In this document: one piece after another, positions 24,348-38,100 of the stretch | Layout of the letters: the number at the start of each line of letters is the position of its first letter | Numbering within the stretch: position 1 is the stretch's first letter | NCBI GenBank assembly: GCA_032718475.1 | Contig: JAUCBJ010004144.1 | Span: forward strand, 62,001-126,000 | Direction of reading: 5' to 3' | Length of the DNA stretch: 64,000 nucleotides | DNA from: Nemertoderma westbladi | Lineage: Eukaryota; Animalia; Xenacoelomorpha | Made by a program: the position numbers and the translations under genes | Notes under the pieces: generated by a model | What the model was told of the DNA's origin: nothing | The model's input: the letters and a program-made list of their open reading frames with translations, nothing else | The model's database searches: none

Positions 24348-25890
24348 CAAATATAGCACAGTCATCACAAAAAACCCACAGAGTGGACCCAATAGTGACA
24401 ACTGTTTCCCCCCAGGCCCAGAAGTCCTCCCGCAGTTGGGCTGTACCTGATAAATTACTTGATAAATTGTCAGAGCCCATTTTTAACTCTTTATTGCAGG
24501 GCTCACAACCTATGCCTATAAACCATTTAGGAATAGGTGATGTGTTTAAGCCACCATATAATGGTGGAATTAGAAGTGATACACCATCAAATGTACAAAA
24601 ATTTTCTACACCTGAGAATTTTTACCATTTCGATTGTTTGAAAGCAAACCCTGTGCTTAATTCGAGTCCAGGATTCCAGATACCTGTTCCTGGGGCACAA
24701 AATTCACCTGAATCGCCAATCAACAATTGGCCCATACCTGAACCATTACATGATCCTTCATTCATGATCTTTTCATGATCCAGGTCACCGTGTGGGGATG
24801 GGATCTACTCCTAATATCGAATCACAGATGTGTGAAGTCATGACACAGGTTATGAATGTTAGTGCCATGAGTGTAAAGGCTATTGAAAGGCTAAACACTA
24901 AGCTTTCATTGCCAAAAATGGAAGTGCCAAAATTTAATGGAGAAGCTAGTGGCTATATAAATTTTGTAGCTAGTTTTATTTCTTATATTGAATCTCAAGA
25001 ATTAAATCAAATGGAACAATTCATGTGCTTAACACAATATTTGGGCCCAATTCCCCTTGGTCTGGTTAAAGGGTTTTTAGGTTTGCCAGGTGGGTATAAA
25101 GCCGCTTGGGATGCCTTGCATGGAAGGTATGGCCATCCGAGTGTTATAGTTGAGAGAATTATAACAGAATTGACAGAAAAGGTTGATCTGAACTCTGGTT
25201 CAGAAACACAACGTAGGTTCAAATTGCAAAATTATGCAGACAAGATCTCACAAATGGTTTTGGTTTTGCAATATTTTAAATCAGCGGATGAAATGAATTC
25301 ATCTACCAATCTGCGAAGGGTTGCCGAGAACCTCGACATTCGAATGTATGAGCGGTGGAAACGCAAAGTTTATTATATTAGACAAAACCACAACCGTGAA
25401 CCTAGATTAACTGAACTTGCAGAATATATAAAATGTGAAGCACAGATTGTTAATGATCCTGTTTACATTGATGTAGGTGGTGGCTACAGGCCAAACCAAA
25501 CAGCTAATGTACCAGGGTCAAGTCAATTTAGTAAACCAAGTCCACAGCGAGTGTCCACAATAAATAACTTAAATTCAACACCAATGGCTACATTAAATTA
25601 TGTGTCAACCACTGGTGCACCATCTGAGACAGCACCAGCAGAACTAGGGGAGGTGGAAATCGACCTTTTAGGCCTGCTTCAGCTTCAGCACATGGACCTG
25701 ACCCATCCACACGATCAAACGATGCTATGAAGTCCCCAGAACCAGTTCAAGGAACTTATAATGGAGCAGGCTACAAAGAGGAAAATACATCCACAATTCC
25801 AAAGCGAGTATTAAATTGTTCTTATTGTGAACTAGAAGGACATACAATATCCTATTGCTCAAAGTTTAATCATTTGGACATTATCCTTAA
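24348..25890 (+). pseudogene. gag: Element B gag, central capsid-like region and first zinc knuckle
   Basis: MEVPKFNGEASGYINF..YKAAWDALHGRYG; CSYCELEGHTISYC. Confidence 0.85.
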
Positions 25891-27513
25891 GGTGACATGG
25901 TACCACAGTGTGGATGTATGATGTATTGTATTGAACCAACTTTTAGTTCGAAAAAATTGAACGGTCAAAATGAATGTCTCACGTGATTCATATCAACATT
26001 CTAACTTAAAAAAACCAAATTAAAAAAAAAACGGTCGATTACTTTTTGAAATAATTGAAAAAAACCGTTTTTGACCAAAAATAGCACTTTGACACCAAAT
26101 TTTCTATTATAAAAATGCAAAAGATAAAATTGAACGGTGAAAAAGAGTATCTCACCTGGTTAATATGGTCATTCTAACTACAAAAAATGAAATTAAAAAA
26201 TTTACGGTCGATTACTTTTTAAAAAATTGAAAAAAATAACTTTGACCAAAAATAGCATATTTAGCACAAAATTTTCAAATATGAAAATCAATAATTACAA
26301 TCATATAGGTATTTATTCTTTTTCCACATCTTCCTTTTATTCGCTTTAATGTAAGGCGAGTGTAATGATAATATTTTCCAAAAGACTTGGTGATATGGTA
26401 TGCTATTTTTCAGTGGGTGCCAAAAATTGGTTACGCACTGTGTAGCACCAAATTTTCGAAGATGAAAATCAATAATTATTATCTTATATGTATTTATTCT
26501 TTTTCCACAAAGGTTTTCAAGTAAGGCGAGTATAATGGTAATATTTTCCAAAAGACTTAGTAATATGGTATGCTATTTTTCAGTGGGTGCAAAAAATTGG
26601 GTATGCACTGTGTAGCACCAAATTTTCAAAGATGAAAATCAGTAATTATTATTATTTATTTAAATTTTCCATATTTCCTCAAGGGTTTTTATGTAAGTCG
26701 AGTGGAATGGTAATATTTTCAAGCTGACTGCGTGTTATGGTATGCAATTTTTTAGTGGGTGTAAAAAATTTGGTGTAAACTCTGCTGCACAATAATTTGA
26801 ATTATTAAATTTCAGAAGCACTATTCTATAACTGTTTATTATTGTTGTAAAGCACCAAAATGTCAATATAAAAATTAATTATCCTTTCTTATTGAAGTTC
26901 ATAATAAAATTAATATAAACATATAAACATTTTTCGTCCCTTTTAACGATTTGAATACATAAGGTAATATATTATTGATTTCCATATTTGAAAATTTGGT
27001 GCTTCACAGTGCACAGACCAAACCCAATTTTTGGCACCCACTGAAAAATAGCATACCATATCACCAATTCTTCTGGAAAATATTACCATTATTTTCGCCT
27101 TACATGAAAACCTTTGTGGAAAAAGAATAAATACCTATATGATTGTAATTATTGATTTTCATATTTGAAAATGTGGTGCTAAATATGCTATTTTTGGTCA
27201 AAAGTTCTTTTTTAAATTTTTTAAAAAGTAATCGACCGTTAATTTTTTAATTTCATTTTTTTTGTAGTTTGAATGACCATATTAACCAGGTAAGATATTC
27301 TTATTCACCGTTTAATTTCATATTTTGCATTTTTATATTTGAAAATTTGGTGTCAAAGTGCTATTTTTGGTCAAAAACGGTTTTTTTCAATTATTTCAAA
27401 AAGTAATCGACCGTTTTTTTTAAATTTGGTTTTTTTAAGTTAGAATGTTGATATGAATCACGTGAGACATTCATTTTGACTGTTCAATTTTTTCGAACTA
27501 AAAGTTGGTTCAA
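25891..27513. mobile_element. Non-autonomous foldback/MITE-like DNA element with ~560-bp inverted arms and internal ~180-bp subrepeats; right terminus lost
   Basis: 25931-~26495 is the reverse complement of ~26950-27513 (TTGAACCAACTTTTAGTTCG...CGAACTAAAAGTTGGTTCAA). The left end follows TTAA (25887-25890) and starts with GG. AT-rich, no transposase. Confidence 0.88.
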
Positions 27514-30500
27514 GCCCGGTGTGGGGGCATAGGAATACTGTCTGCCCAAAATATTCAAAAATAACACGCAAACCAATCTGTGAGCATTGCCAAGGTGCTC
27601 ACCACTCTGTCCTTCATTGGATTCTTGGTTATATAGAGGATACCAAGAAATCAGCTAAAATTAAAACATTTAGGAGTGAATTGGTTTCAAGTAATTCCAT
27701 GGCTGAGATTCCAATTTCAGCTGTAACAAATAAATCTGGTACATATAGTATCACAAATCATGATGTGACAATATTGCGTTGTGATAAGCAATCGCATATT
27801 AATATGGAGATGTGGTTGTCTGTAGTACCCGTAACTATTGACATAAATGACAAACGTCTTAGTACTTTTGCCTTGCTGGATACAGGTTCAACTCATACAG
27901 TTTTGCATGCTAAGGTATTGCAGTTCATGAATGAAGTTCCGGATTCCCAATCTTTGATGACAATCAAAGAGGTATTATCAATTAGTGTGCATCCTATTGC
28001 TTTGATAGCTTGCTCTATTAGGCCTTTAAAAGGACGCCCCGCAGTAGATGAAACATTTATTACTAAAGTTTCTAACACTTTGGTGTTAGACAACCTTCAA
28101 CAGACAAGAGTCCCAGATCTGGCAAGTATAGATTTGTCAGCATATCCAGATTTCCAGCCATATCTGGATCAACTAGTTCCTTCAGGTATTGAGTTACCAG
28201 AAGTTACTATAATCATAGGTCGGGATGCTGGTTACATTCATGAACATGCAATAGTTCAAGAAACAAGAGAAGGCCCTACTATTGTGCATACACCATTTGG
28301 GTATGCCTTAGTGGGACCAATTCCATCTGTTAAAGTAAATTGTGAAATCAGGCATCTTGAAATATCCAGTTATGATTGGGTGTCTATAGTTAAACAACAA
28401 TTAGGTTTGGAAGGTTATACTAATGATGACAATCAGGTTCTGAAACCAATAACCAACGCTAAGGATGAGGAAACCGTCTTATCACGGAGTGATGAACGAG
28501 CATTATCCATACTTAAGGAAACAACTACCTTAGATAATGGTCGGTATACTGCAGGAATGCTCTTTAATCAAAATCCTCCTCAATTAATAAATAACTATCC
28601 ATTGGCGAAGCATCGACTGGATGGCTTAATACGTCGTTTAGAAAAGTATCCAGCCAAATATCAACAATATCATAATCAATTGTTAGATTATGAAACTGCA
28701 GGATATGCAGTAAAGTTATCATTGGAAGAATTTAAAAGACATTCACCACAAACTTATTACCTACCTCATCATCATGTTGAACATGATAGTAAACCTGGTA
28801 AGATCCGCATAGTTAATGATGCGGCAGCCATCTATAAAGGGATGTCATTGAACTCCCAATTATTAGATGGTCCACCACAAATTATACCCCTCATTGGTGT
28901 ATTAATACGTATTCGTTTAGGGAGCATTGCTTTCTATTGTGATATAGAGGCAATGTTCCACCAGATTGGTGTAACTAGGGAGGACTCCGACAGCCTTCGG
29001 TTTCTATGGAAGCCACCTAAGGGTGATATGGTTGTCTATAAAATGGTTCGACACCTATTTGGAGCGTGTGATTCACCTTGCATAGCAGGTAACACTGTTA
29101 AACAGTGTGGGAAAGACCATAATAACTTATTTGTTTCTGATGTTGCTAGAGTTATTGATGAGTCATTTTATGTTGATGATGGTCTACCATCAGTTGACTC
29201 AGTGGAAGAGGCCACTCAATTAGCATGACCTAATTGATTGTCTATCCTTAGGGGGTTTTAATCTTAGAAAATTCCAGTCAAACAGTAAAGAGTTTCTGGC
29301 TTCCATGGCTTCAGATGCTCTCAGTCCTAAAGTTGATCTAGACCTTGACCACTTGCCAGATATATTTACCTTTGATGTGAAGGTTAAACAACGTCCTTAT
29401 ACTAAAGCAGGTTGTCTGAGTAAGTTTGCGTCAACATATGATCCTCTGGGGTTCCTTGCACCATTTCTAGTTCAGGGTAAACTAATAATACAGTCTATCT
29501 GGAAGGCAGGGCGTGACTGGGATGATAAAATCCCAATGGAACTGCAAAGGGCGTGGATAAAGTGGGAGAATCAACTTCCTCTTCTTAATGATGTAGAGAT
29601 AGACCGCCTCCTGCGGCAAGATCTTCCATCTAGTTGCAACTATCAATTGCACTTGTTTTCTGATGCCTCTGATTATGCATATGGGGCTGTGGCATATATA
29701 CGTGCAGAGTATAATAGGGATGTACGTGTAAACATATTATACTCAAAGAGTCGTATTGTTAATATGGCTTCAATTACTTCTACACCTCGACTAGAGTTAG
29801 AAGCCGCCGTATTACTGACAGACATCATTGTGATGCTGCGACATGAGTTGCATCTCGGTGATGTACCAGAATATTTCCATACTGATTCTACAGTAGTGTT
29901 AGGGTATATTCGTAACCCTACATGTGTTTTGAAACGCTATGAAGCAACCCGTGTCAATAAAACTCTTGGCTAACTCTTGGCATCATGTACCAGGAGTTTT
30001 AAACCCGGCTGATGATATCAGTCGTGGATTATCCGTCAAGAACTTGCTAAATAAATCCCTTTGGTGGCATGGCCCGCCATACCTTACGGATTTACCATCC
30101 ACCTGGCCACGGCCAATTACCAACAGAGGATAATAATCCTGAGGTTAATTTTTCCAATTTTGATCCGAGGGTCTATGTTGGTAACATTAACACCCTAGGA
30201 CTAACTTCTTTAGATCGGCTGATCTATGAAGAGGGGGCTATCTGCCATGAGGGGGCAATCTGCAATGAGGGGGCAGATACATGCAACTTACAGTGTGCAT
30301 ATGTTGCAAACCTCTCATCTAGCATTGTCTATGACTGCGAGAATAAGACATGGCATTCTGTAGTTGACTTAAGTATTTCATCAATAAATATTCATCCTGG
30401 TATTTGCTGTGTTTACTTACAGCGTGGCTTATACGGTTGTTTGATTGGCATGTCTGGTGCCTCAGAGTCAAACAAAAGAAAGTATTAGAAACCGAAATGA

Positions 30501-31885
30501 GCGTAAATGCACGTGTGACAATTGCAGAATTGCGTAAATCTGGCTCATGTATCTTGCGTTATGTTCAGAAACAGACATTTAGCAAGGAATATGAATGCCT
30601 TAAGAGAGGTCATTCAGTCCCAATAAATAGTAAATTACGTAACTTAGTACCACATATAGATACAGATGGTTTAATTCGAGTTTCCAGTCGTATAAACGCA
30701 TCTAATAAGCCTTATACAACTGCAAATCTAATCATTCTGCCAGCGCGCCATCCAGTGACCTCAGCGATTATTCGTTATACACACACTAGAATGGGCCACT
30801 TAGCAACCAATGCAACTTTGTCAGAAATACGGCGGAAGTATTGGATCATTGCTGGACAGAGTCAAGTACGACAAATTATAGGGAAATGTTATCGCTGTAA
30901 ACAAACACGCGCAAAACCAATGACACAAATTCAGGCTAATTTGCCTGAAACCAGAATACAACCATACCACCCACCTTTTGAACATAGTGGGTGTGATATG
31001 TTTGGTCCTTACACTTTAGAGCGGAGAGCAACTCGTTCTACTTTGTATGACATTCGTTATGGCATGATATTTACATGTCAAGTAACTCGTGCCGTACACC
31101 TGGACCTTGCAGCAGATGCATCATCTGATGCATTCATTAATTGTTTACGTCGCTTCACAGGACGTAGAGGTGGAGTATCCCATATGTACTCATATAATGG
31201 CTCAAATTTTGTGGGCGCCAAGTCACAACTGGGATACTATAGAGCTTTAGTGAGTGAACCTGGGGTTGCAGATTTTTTTCGTAAAAGTGGTATAGAATGG
31301 CACTTTGGAGACCTTTACGCTCCCCACGAACGAGGTTTCATTGAACGCCTTATTGGCATAACTAAACAAATTTTAATGTCAACATTGGGTGACCGGCTTG
31401 TAACCGAGGATGTGTTAATGACATTCCTTGTTGAAGTAGAGAATATTCTTAATAGTCGGCCTTTGACAGCATTATCTGACGACGCGAATGATTTTGAACC
31501 ACTCACACCCAACCATATTCTCTGTAACAGACCCGCAGAGAATGCACCAATAGCTGAAACAAATGCTTCAGATTTTGGTAGTCGCCATACTTACCTTCAA
31601 ACTGAGGTTTTCCATGACCTTTTTTGGAGAAGAATCAACACGGAATACATTACATTACTCCGAAAGAGACCGCTCTGGAATAAAGTTGATCGAAACATTC
31701 AAGAAGATGACGTTGTTCTTATTACTGACCCCGACAAACCTAGGTCCAGATGGTCTTATGGTAGGGTAATATGTACATACCCAGATGCAAATGGGATTGT
31801 ACGCAATGTGCTCGTGCGTGCCCAGAATGGACATGAATATAAACGTCACATTCACTCATTGTGTCTGTTGGAGCAGGCTGAGTAA
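27514..31885 (+). pseudogene. pol: Element B gag end and pol (zinc knuckles, protease, RT, Pao RNase H, integrase) with stops and frameshifts
   Basis: CEHCQGAHHSVLH; ALLDTGS; YYLPHH..KPGKIRIVNDAA; DIEAMFHQI; FYVDDG; LHLFSDAS; PRLELEAA; NPADDISRG; GCDMFGP; RAVHLD; LNSRPLT; RHIHSLCLLE. Confidence 0.95.
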
Positions 31886-32484
31886 TGAGGCTATTACAAA
31901 GTCTTGTTAGACGTATTTACATCAACACATTTCGTTTTTTAAATGTATGTTTAAATTTGTCAATTGTCAGTGGTATGCATCGCTGGCACAAATTAAAAGG
32001 TAATAATAAGTTAGTTTAATTAAGCTTTATTAGTATTGGTCATGTAGAGCTACTAGTAGGGACTGCTAGGGCGCTTACAAGCCCGAAGATAATGTAGATA
32101 TGGAGAAATGGGGCGTTTACAAGCCCGAAGATATGATAGGGACTTCATATGGGTCACTTAAAAGTACAATAGAAACCCATCAAATAATTGAGATAATGAT
32201 ATGATACAATATGGGCTAAAGGATACAACTAATTGTTGAAGGATGCCGAGCTCATATATACATATATATTGCTCAGATGATTGAATTTGCAAGTTATTTT
32301 ATATTGATGTTTATAATGATGAAATATAGACAATTTAATCTTTCGGGCCACACTAAATTCCTTTGGAACTGTTAGCATTAGGATTAACTGCTTAAGTCCA
32401 TTTTTTTATTGACTTTTTTTATTTGTATTGACTACTGAAGACCAAAGGGTTGTTGCTGTGGATGACTCGATGAACAAGGGTTTT

Positions 32485-32660
32485 CGAAGGCTTGCGAGCC
32501 TACCGAAAAATCTGAAGGTCATTGACCCCACCCACCAGGCTTCGACACCGGTCGTTGACCTTGGAAGGCTTGCGAGCCTACCGACAGATCAAGAAGTTGT
32601 CAAACCACCGCACGACGATTCGACGCCGACTAGTGACACCGGAAGGCTTGCGAGCCTACC
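32485..32660 (+). repeat. Three copies, 78 bp apart, of the GGAAGGCTTGCGAGCCTACC motif (GRLASLP)
   Basis: Copies at 32485, 32563 and 32641. Confidence 0.9.
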
Positions 32661-34619
32661 AGACACATTGACACTAGCCACCGCAGCGGACGAAGACGTG
32701 GACGAGGACAATGGCGCAGTGCAAGCAGCGCTTGACTGACTGCTGACTGAATGGACCATTCAATAGTTGGAACAGGACTCAGCAGAACCCGGTAGTTACG
32801 AGACCGCTATGTCAGAACAGGAAAAACGGTCTTTAAATATTATGAGAGATACCATTCGCCAGACCGCGAATGGCCACTACAAGGTTGGCATGTTGTGGCA
32901 CAATGGACAACCTAAGCTCGTTAACAATTACCCGCTTGCTTTGAGGCGACTCAAATCAATAAGGCAGCGATTGTTGCGAGACGAGACGGCCCATATGCAA
33001 TACAATGCGCAAGTTCAGACGTATCTCCAAAAGGGATACGCTATTAGGCTGTTAAATCCCAAGGTAACCACAGATCAGACATATTACCTGCCACATTATT
33101 TTGTTCGACACCCGGACAAACCTGGCAAGGTGCGTGTAGTCAACGACTGCACCGCGCTTTACCAAGGGATGTCTATGAACAGCGAACTGATGGACGGCCC
33201 GAATATGAATAATTACCTCATGGGAGTCCTAATGCATTTTAGACAACGCAAAGTGGCTTTCACCTGTGACGTAGAGGCCATGTTTCACCAGGTTAAGGCT
33301 TTGGAGCGGGACAGGGACAGCTTGAGGTTTCTTTGGTATCCAGACGGAAATTTAGAACTTCCGCCAGAAACTTAAGAGTTTTCGAGACGTAGGTCTAAGA
33401 GACGTAAGAGTTTTCGGAGCCAGGGACAGCCCCAACTGCACCATGTACGCCTTAAAGCAGACCACATTAGACAGATGAGACCAATTTGACCCAGAAGTAG
33501 TTTGGACAGTGGAACAATATTTCTACGTGGATGACGGCCTCAAGAGTTGTGACACTTTGGAGCGCGCTACAACCGTAGCACACCAACTCCAAGATTGTCT
33601 TGCTGAGGGCGGATTTCACCTGACGAAGTTCGCTTTCAACGAACCCGAACTGGTGAACTCATTTGACCCGACAGATCGTAGTGTAGGTGACTTGGACTTA
33701 GACCTAGAACCTCTACCAACGACCAAAGTATTAGGACTTAGTTGGGACCCTAAGTTGACTAGTTGGGACCACTAGGGTACGTGTAAGGTCCAACAACCAG
33801 ACTAGACCTCTCACAAAGAGGACTTGCTTATCGACCATGAGTCGATTGTATGACCCATTGTGTTTCATTAGTCCAGTGATCCTACATGCTAGGATCATAC
33901 TCCACAGCATTTGGCAAGCCGGACTGGAATGGGACAATCCCATCCCAGAAAAGTTAGCTGAGCAATGGAGGGACTGGGAAGCCCAACTGACGTTCCTACA
34001 AGACTATACCATACCAAGGGTATACTTTCCTTTGCAGACCACCTTTCCTGCCGATTTAGAGCTTCACAGCTTTAGTGACGCTAGCAAGGATGGATTGGGG
34101 GTTACCTTATACCTTAGACGTCAAGTGACATCGGACAGCTACGATGTGTCTCTCATTACTTCAAGAGCTAGAACAATGCCATTAAAGTATATAACTGTAC
34201 CTCGTGGAGAGCTGCAAGCCGGGACGATATCCACCGATATTGTCAGTCTAGTTCAACGCGAGCTGGAGGCTAACGTGAAGGTCACATATTGGACGGATGC
34301 GATGTTGGTACTTTGGTACATAAACAATGAAGCATTTGAGTTCAAGACTTTTGTAGCCAAGAGGGAAGTTGAACCCAGCTGACATCGCGTCACGGGGGAT
34401 GCAACCACTCGACTTTTGTAAACCGGACAATAAATCCTTTTGGTTTAGAGGACCCGATTTTCTACAGTGACCATCAGACAAATGGCCTCCATTATTCGAC
34501 ACGACAACCAATACCATACCAAAGGGTGCCGAACTAAAAATCGACAAGGTTGTCAAATCTAAAGCGAAAGCCAACGCCAATGTCAAGAGGAAACAAGGAC
34601 GGACGAAATCTGATGACCT

Positions 34620-35035
34620 GGACGCTAGACCTGACATTACGCCAGACGTCTCACCAGAATCTCGACCAGACGCTTGTATGAATCTTTCACCGGATGTTCT
34701 GCGGGAGATTTCACCAGACATTTCGCCAGATTGTTCACCAGATTACTCGCCAGATTATTTACCAGAAGCGACACCAGATTGTTCTCTGGATTGCTCGCCA
34801 GATTGTTTTATGGAACTCTCGACAGATTGTCTACCGGACGTCTCACCAGACTTTCCACCAGACATCTTGACAGACTGTTCACCAGACTTTAGACCAGACT
34901 TTCTGACAGGAACTACGCTTGACACCTTTTGGGACCGACGACAGGACGTTTCGCCGGATGTTCCGCGCTATGTCTCACCTGACATCTCACCAGACTGTTC
35001 ACCGGACGTTTCACCAGACTGTCTACTAGACACTC
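34620..35035 (+). repeat. Degenerate 12-bp coding minisatellite (SPDx)n between RNase H and integrase
   Basis: TCACCAGAY/TCGCCAGAT units; translation SPDISPDCSPDYSPDYLPEATPDC... Confidence 0.9.
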
Positions 35036-36935
35036 CAGTAGAAGACCCATTGGAGCGGACTTTTAGAGACTTACCAAATTTGACTTCTTTGGACGACAGA
35101 GGTGTGGCCACAGCTATCACACTCCGCTCAAAGAAAGTACTTGACTTACCACCTACAGGTAAATGTGTGACTAAGGTTAGGAAGCTTACAAGCTCACAGG
35201 AACACACAAATACTGTAGAGTTGAAACCGTTACTGCCAGTCGACTCACTAGGAGCGGACGGTAAAGGTAAGACCGTGGAGATTGACATACTTGGGGACTC
35301 AGACAAACCTACCGGAAGGATCGTGGGCCTACCAAGTCCTGACAAGTATCCACACTATAACTATACCTTACCTGATGACGTCACTAAAACTTTTACGTTG
35401 ACCGGATAGTAAACCTAACTAGATCATGGACTGACGCGTGCCGCAAGTTAGCATGGCTCAATATGCCAGAAGCAAACGCGACTTTACTAGAAGACTTACC
35501 TTAAAGGAAGTGGGTCATTGTGAAGTTGATATCATTAGACATTATCAATTGCGATATTTTGCACGAGAATTCACAGCGATCAACCATGGTAAAGAGATCA
35601 AGTCTTCAACGATTTTGAGTTGGAGTCCGATCATTTATAGGGGCTTACTTTGTCACAAGTCCAGACTCCAAAACATCGACTTTGCACTTGACTTCAGGTA
35701 TCCTATCATCATACCGCAACACCATGAATTACAGCGCGCTATGATACTGGACGCACATGTACAACTCAAACACGTAGGTAGACATCACTGTTTATCACAT
35801 TTACGATCGAGGTTTGTACTGATTAGGTCTAGCAAGGCACTGAGTTCGGTAACACGGAACTGTATGATTTGTAAGAAGGTGCACGCGAGGATAGGACACC
35901 AAGAAATGAGTGAACTACCACTAGCAAGATTACAGGCATTTAGACCCCCTTTCACTGAGACAGGGATAGACTGTTTTGGACCTATAATCGCGAAACGCGG
36001 AAGGGTACAGGTAAAACGTTGGGGATTGATCTTCACTTGCATGGCCAGCAGAGCTGTCCATATAGAGCGTGTGACAGATTTGACCACCAATGCCTTTATC
36101 CTAGCCTTACGGCGATTTATCGCTAGACGTGGATTGGTCAAATCCATTTATTGCGACCAAGGGACAAACTTTGTGGGTGCACGGAATGAAATAACCAGAG
36201 CTTTAAGAAAATTAGACCAAAACCAGATTTCCTGAAGAACTACGTCCTCACCGTATTGTTTGGAACTTCAATACTCCAGACAGTCCGTGGAGAGGCGGCG
36301 TTTGGGAAAGGCTGATTGGCTCAATTAAGACAGCTATGGCTAAAGTAATACCGACGCAACACATACTGACAGACGACCAAGTGACGACGTTACTAATAGA
36401 AATAGAAGCGATTTTGAACACTCGACCGATCGCTTTGATCCCAGACAATAACAACGCACAATTTGCCTTGACACCAGCGCACCTGCTTATGCAGGCGCCG
36501 ACGACATTGTTGCCCATTTCGGTACCCGTTAATAGCGACGGATACGGCAACAAGGCTTGGAAAATCACTCAGTTGCTTGCAAATAAATTCTGGGAAATAT
36601 GGCAGAAACACTATTTGCCCTCTATTTCGACCAGAACCTCTTGGTATCTTAATGCACGATGTTTAAGACAAGGAGACCACGTTTTATTGGCTGAAGCCAA
36701 TCTAAAAAGACGGTTTTGGCTGACTGGAGTCATTTTGACCACTCACCCTACATCTGGTGTACTAAGGATAGTTACTGTAAGGACTATCGACGACCGTACC
36801 GTAGATAGGCCTGTACAACGTCTCGTACTCCTTGAGGAGACTAGAAACGAGACGGAAGACTACAAATCTCCACCCAATATTAGTAAATAAAGATGTGGGA
36901 CCCTTGATGGCCAGCACATATCCCAGTCACAAAGG

Positions 36936-38100
36936 TTGCTATTGGACGAATTGCAGTTTGGGAAGGCTTTCGACATGGTTGAATGGGGCAAATTAGTCCT
37001 AGAACTAATTAAGAAAGGTTTCTCGGCTTTACTTCTTCGTGTTTTATTACGGATTTACAGTAACCAATCCTGTTGTGTGCGGTGGAATAATTCGCATTCT
37101 GACTCGTTCACTCTATCAAACGGGGTTAGACAAGGTTCCGTGGCCAGCCCAATTTTGTTCTGTGTACTACTAGACAAGTTGATAAAAAAGTTACGATCTT
37201 CGAAAGTAGGGTGCCATATAGGAAAGGTTTACTTAGGGATCTTAGCTTACGCCGATGACATTCTTCTGCTCTGCCCCTCCATACTTGGTCTTCAATACAT
37301 GGTATCTCTTTGTGAAGATTTTGCAAAGGAACACAACCTCGTATTTAGCACGAACGCCGATCCTGATAAATCGAAATCTAAATGTATACGTTTTGACTCC
37401 ATATGGTCTGAGCCTCATATTCACATCGGTTTAAATGGGGTTAATCTTCCGTGGGTGAAGCAGGCGCTGCATCTTGGGAATGTAATGGATTATAAGAATT
37501 CAATGGAACCCGATACTTTACGTAAACGCGGTCAATTCATAGGAAAGATAAATGCATTACGACAAGAATTTTATTTCGCGGATCCGTATCAATTGTGTAA
37601 CATATAACGAATTTATGCCACATGTTTTTATGGTAGTAGTCTTTGGGACCTTTTTTCTCCACAATGTACACGTATTTATAGTGCTTGGAATATCAATGTT
37701 AGGATTATTTTTGGCTTACCCCGTACAACACATAGATATATCGTAGAAAATATTGTGCAGTTCAATCACCCATGTATAATGATTCAATCTAGGTTTGTTT
37801 CATTTGCTCAAAGTTTATTGACCTCTTTAAAACCATCTATTCGTTTCTTGGCAGAATTCTTTTTATTTGATTGTAGATCTCGTGCCGGGAGTAATTTTAG
37901 GAAAATTGGCAATTTATGTAATGAACACAATTTAAGATTATTAAAACATAATCAAGTTAAGATGTTGAAGTATGTACCATGCAGTGACGGTGCTAACAAT
38001 TATAAAGTGCGCATTTGTAGGGAACTTTTGGATTGCCGGCTGAGCACTTTAGAAGTGCCGGGGTTTTCTGCAGAAGAATTAGATTATATGTTTTTGTATA
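36936..38100 (+). mobile_element. 5'-truncated LINE ORF2 (RT, APE-type clade, possibly Proto2-like), left part
   Basis: KAFDMV; NGVRQGSVASPILF; LAYADDILLL; HLG; frameshifted C-terminus ...FSAEELDYMFLY cut by element C. The clade assignment is tentative. Confidence 0.9.

Larger units (their letters stand above)
17706..32420 (+). mobile_element. BEL/Pao element B (leader, gag, pol, 3' region; no LTR pair seen), interrupted by the CRE-like, Gypsy and foldback elements
   Basis: Order is gag (LRAHKGKFTK; MEVPKFNG; CCHC), protease LLDTGS, RT FYVDD, RNase H FSDAS, integrase. The leader is continuous across the CRE TSD. Outer boundaries are approximate. Confidence 0.85.
32428..36890 (+). pseudogene. 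pol: BEL/Pao pol (RT, RNase H, integrase), probably the downstream part of element A
   Basis: YYLPHY..KPGKVRVVNDC; DVEAMFHQV; FYVDDG; FSDAS; GIDCFGP; CDQGTNFVG; LNTRP; DRPVQRLVLLEE. Shares the GGAAGGCTTGCGAGCCTACC motif with element A gag and is homologous to element C pol. Confidence 0.93.

Noticed and set aside
25904-27012. RSS/Transib-like CACAGTG heptamers in the foldback element
   Set aside because: They are not at the element terminus, and no ACAAAAACC-like nonamer lies at 12 or 23 bp spacing.
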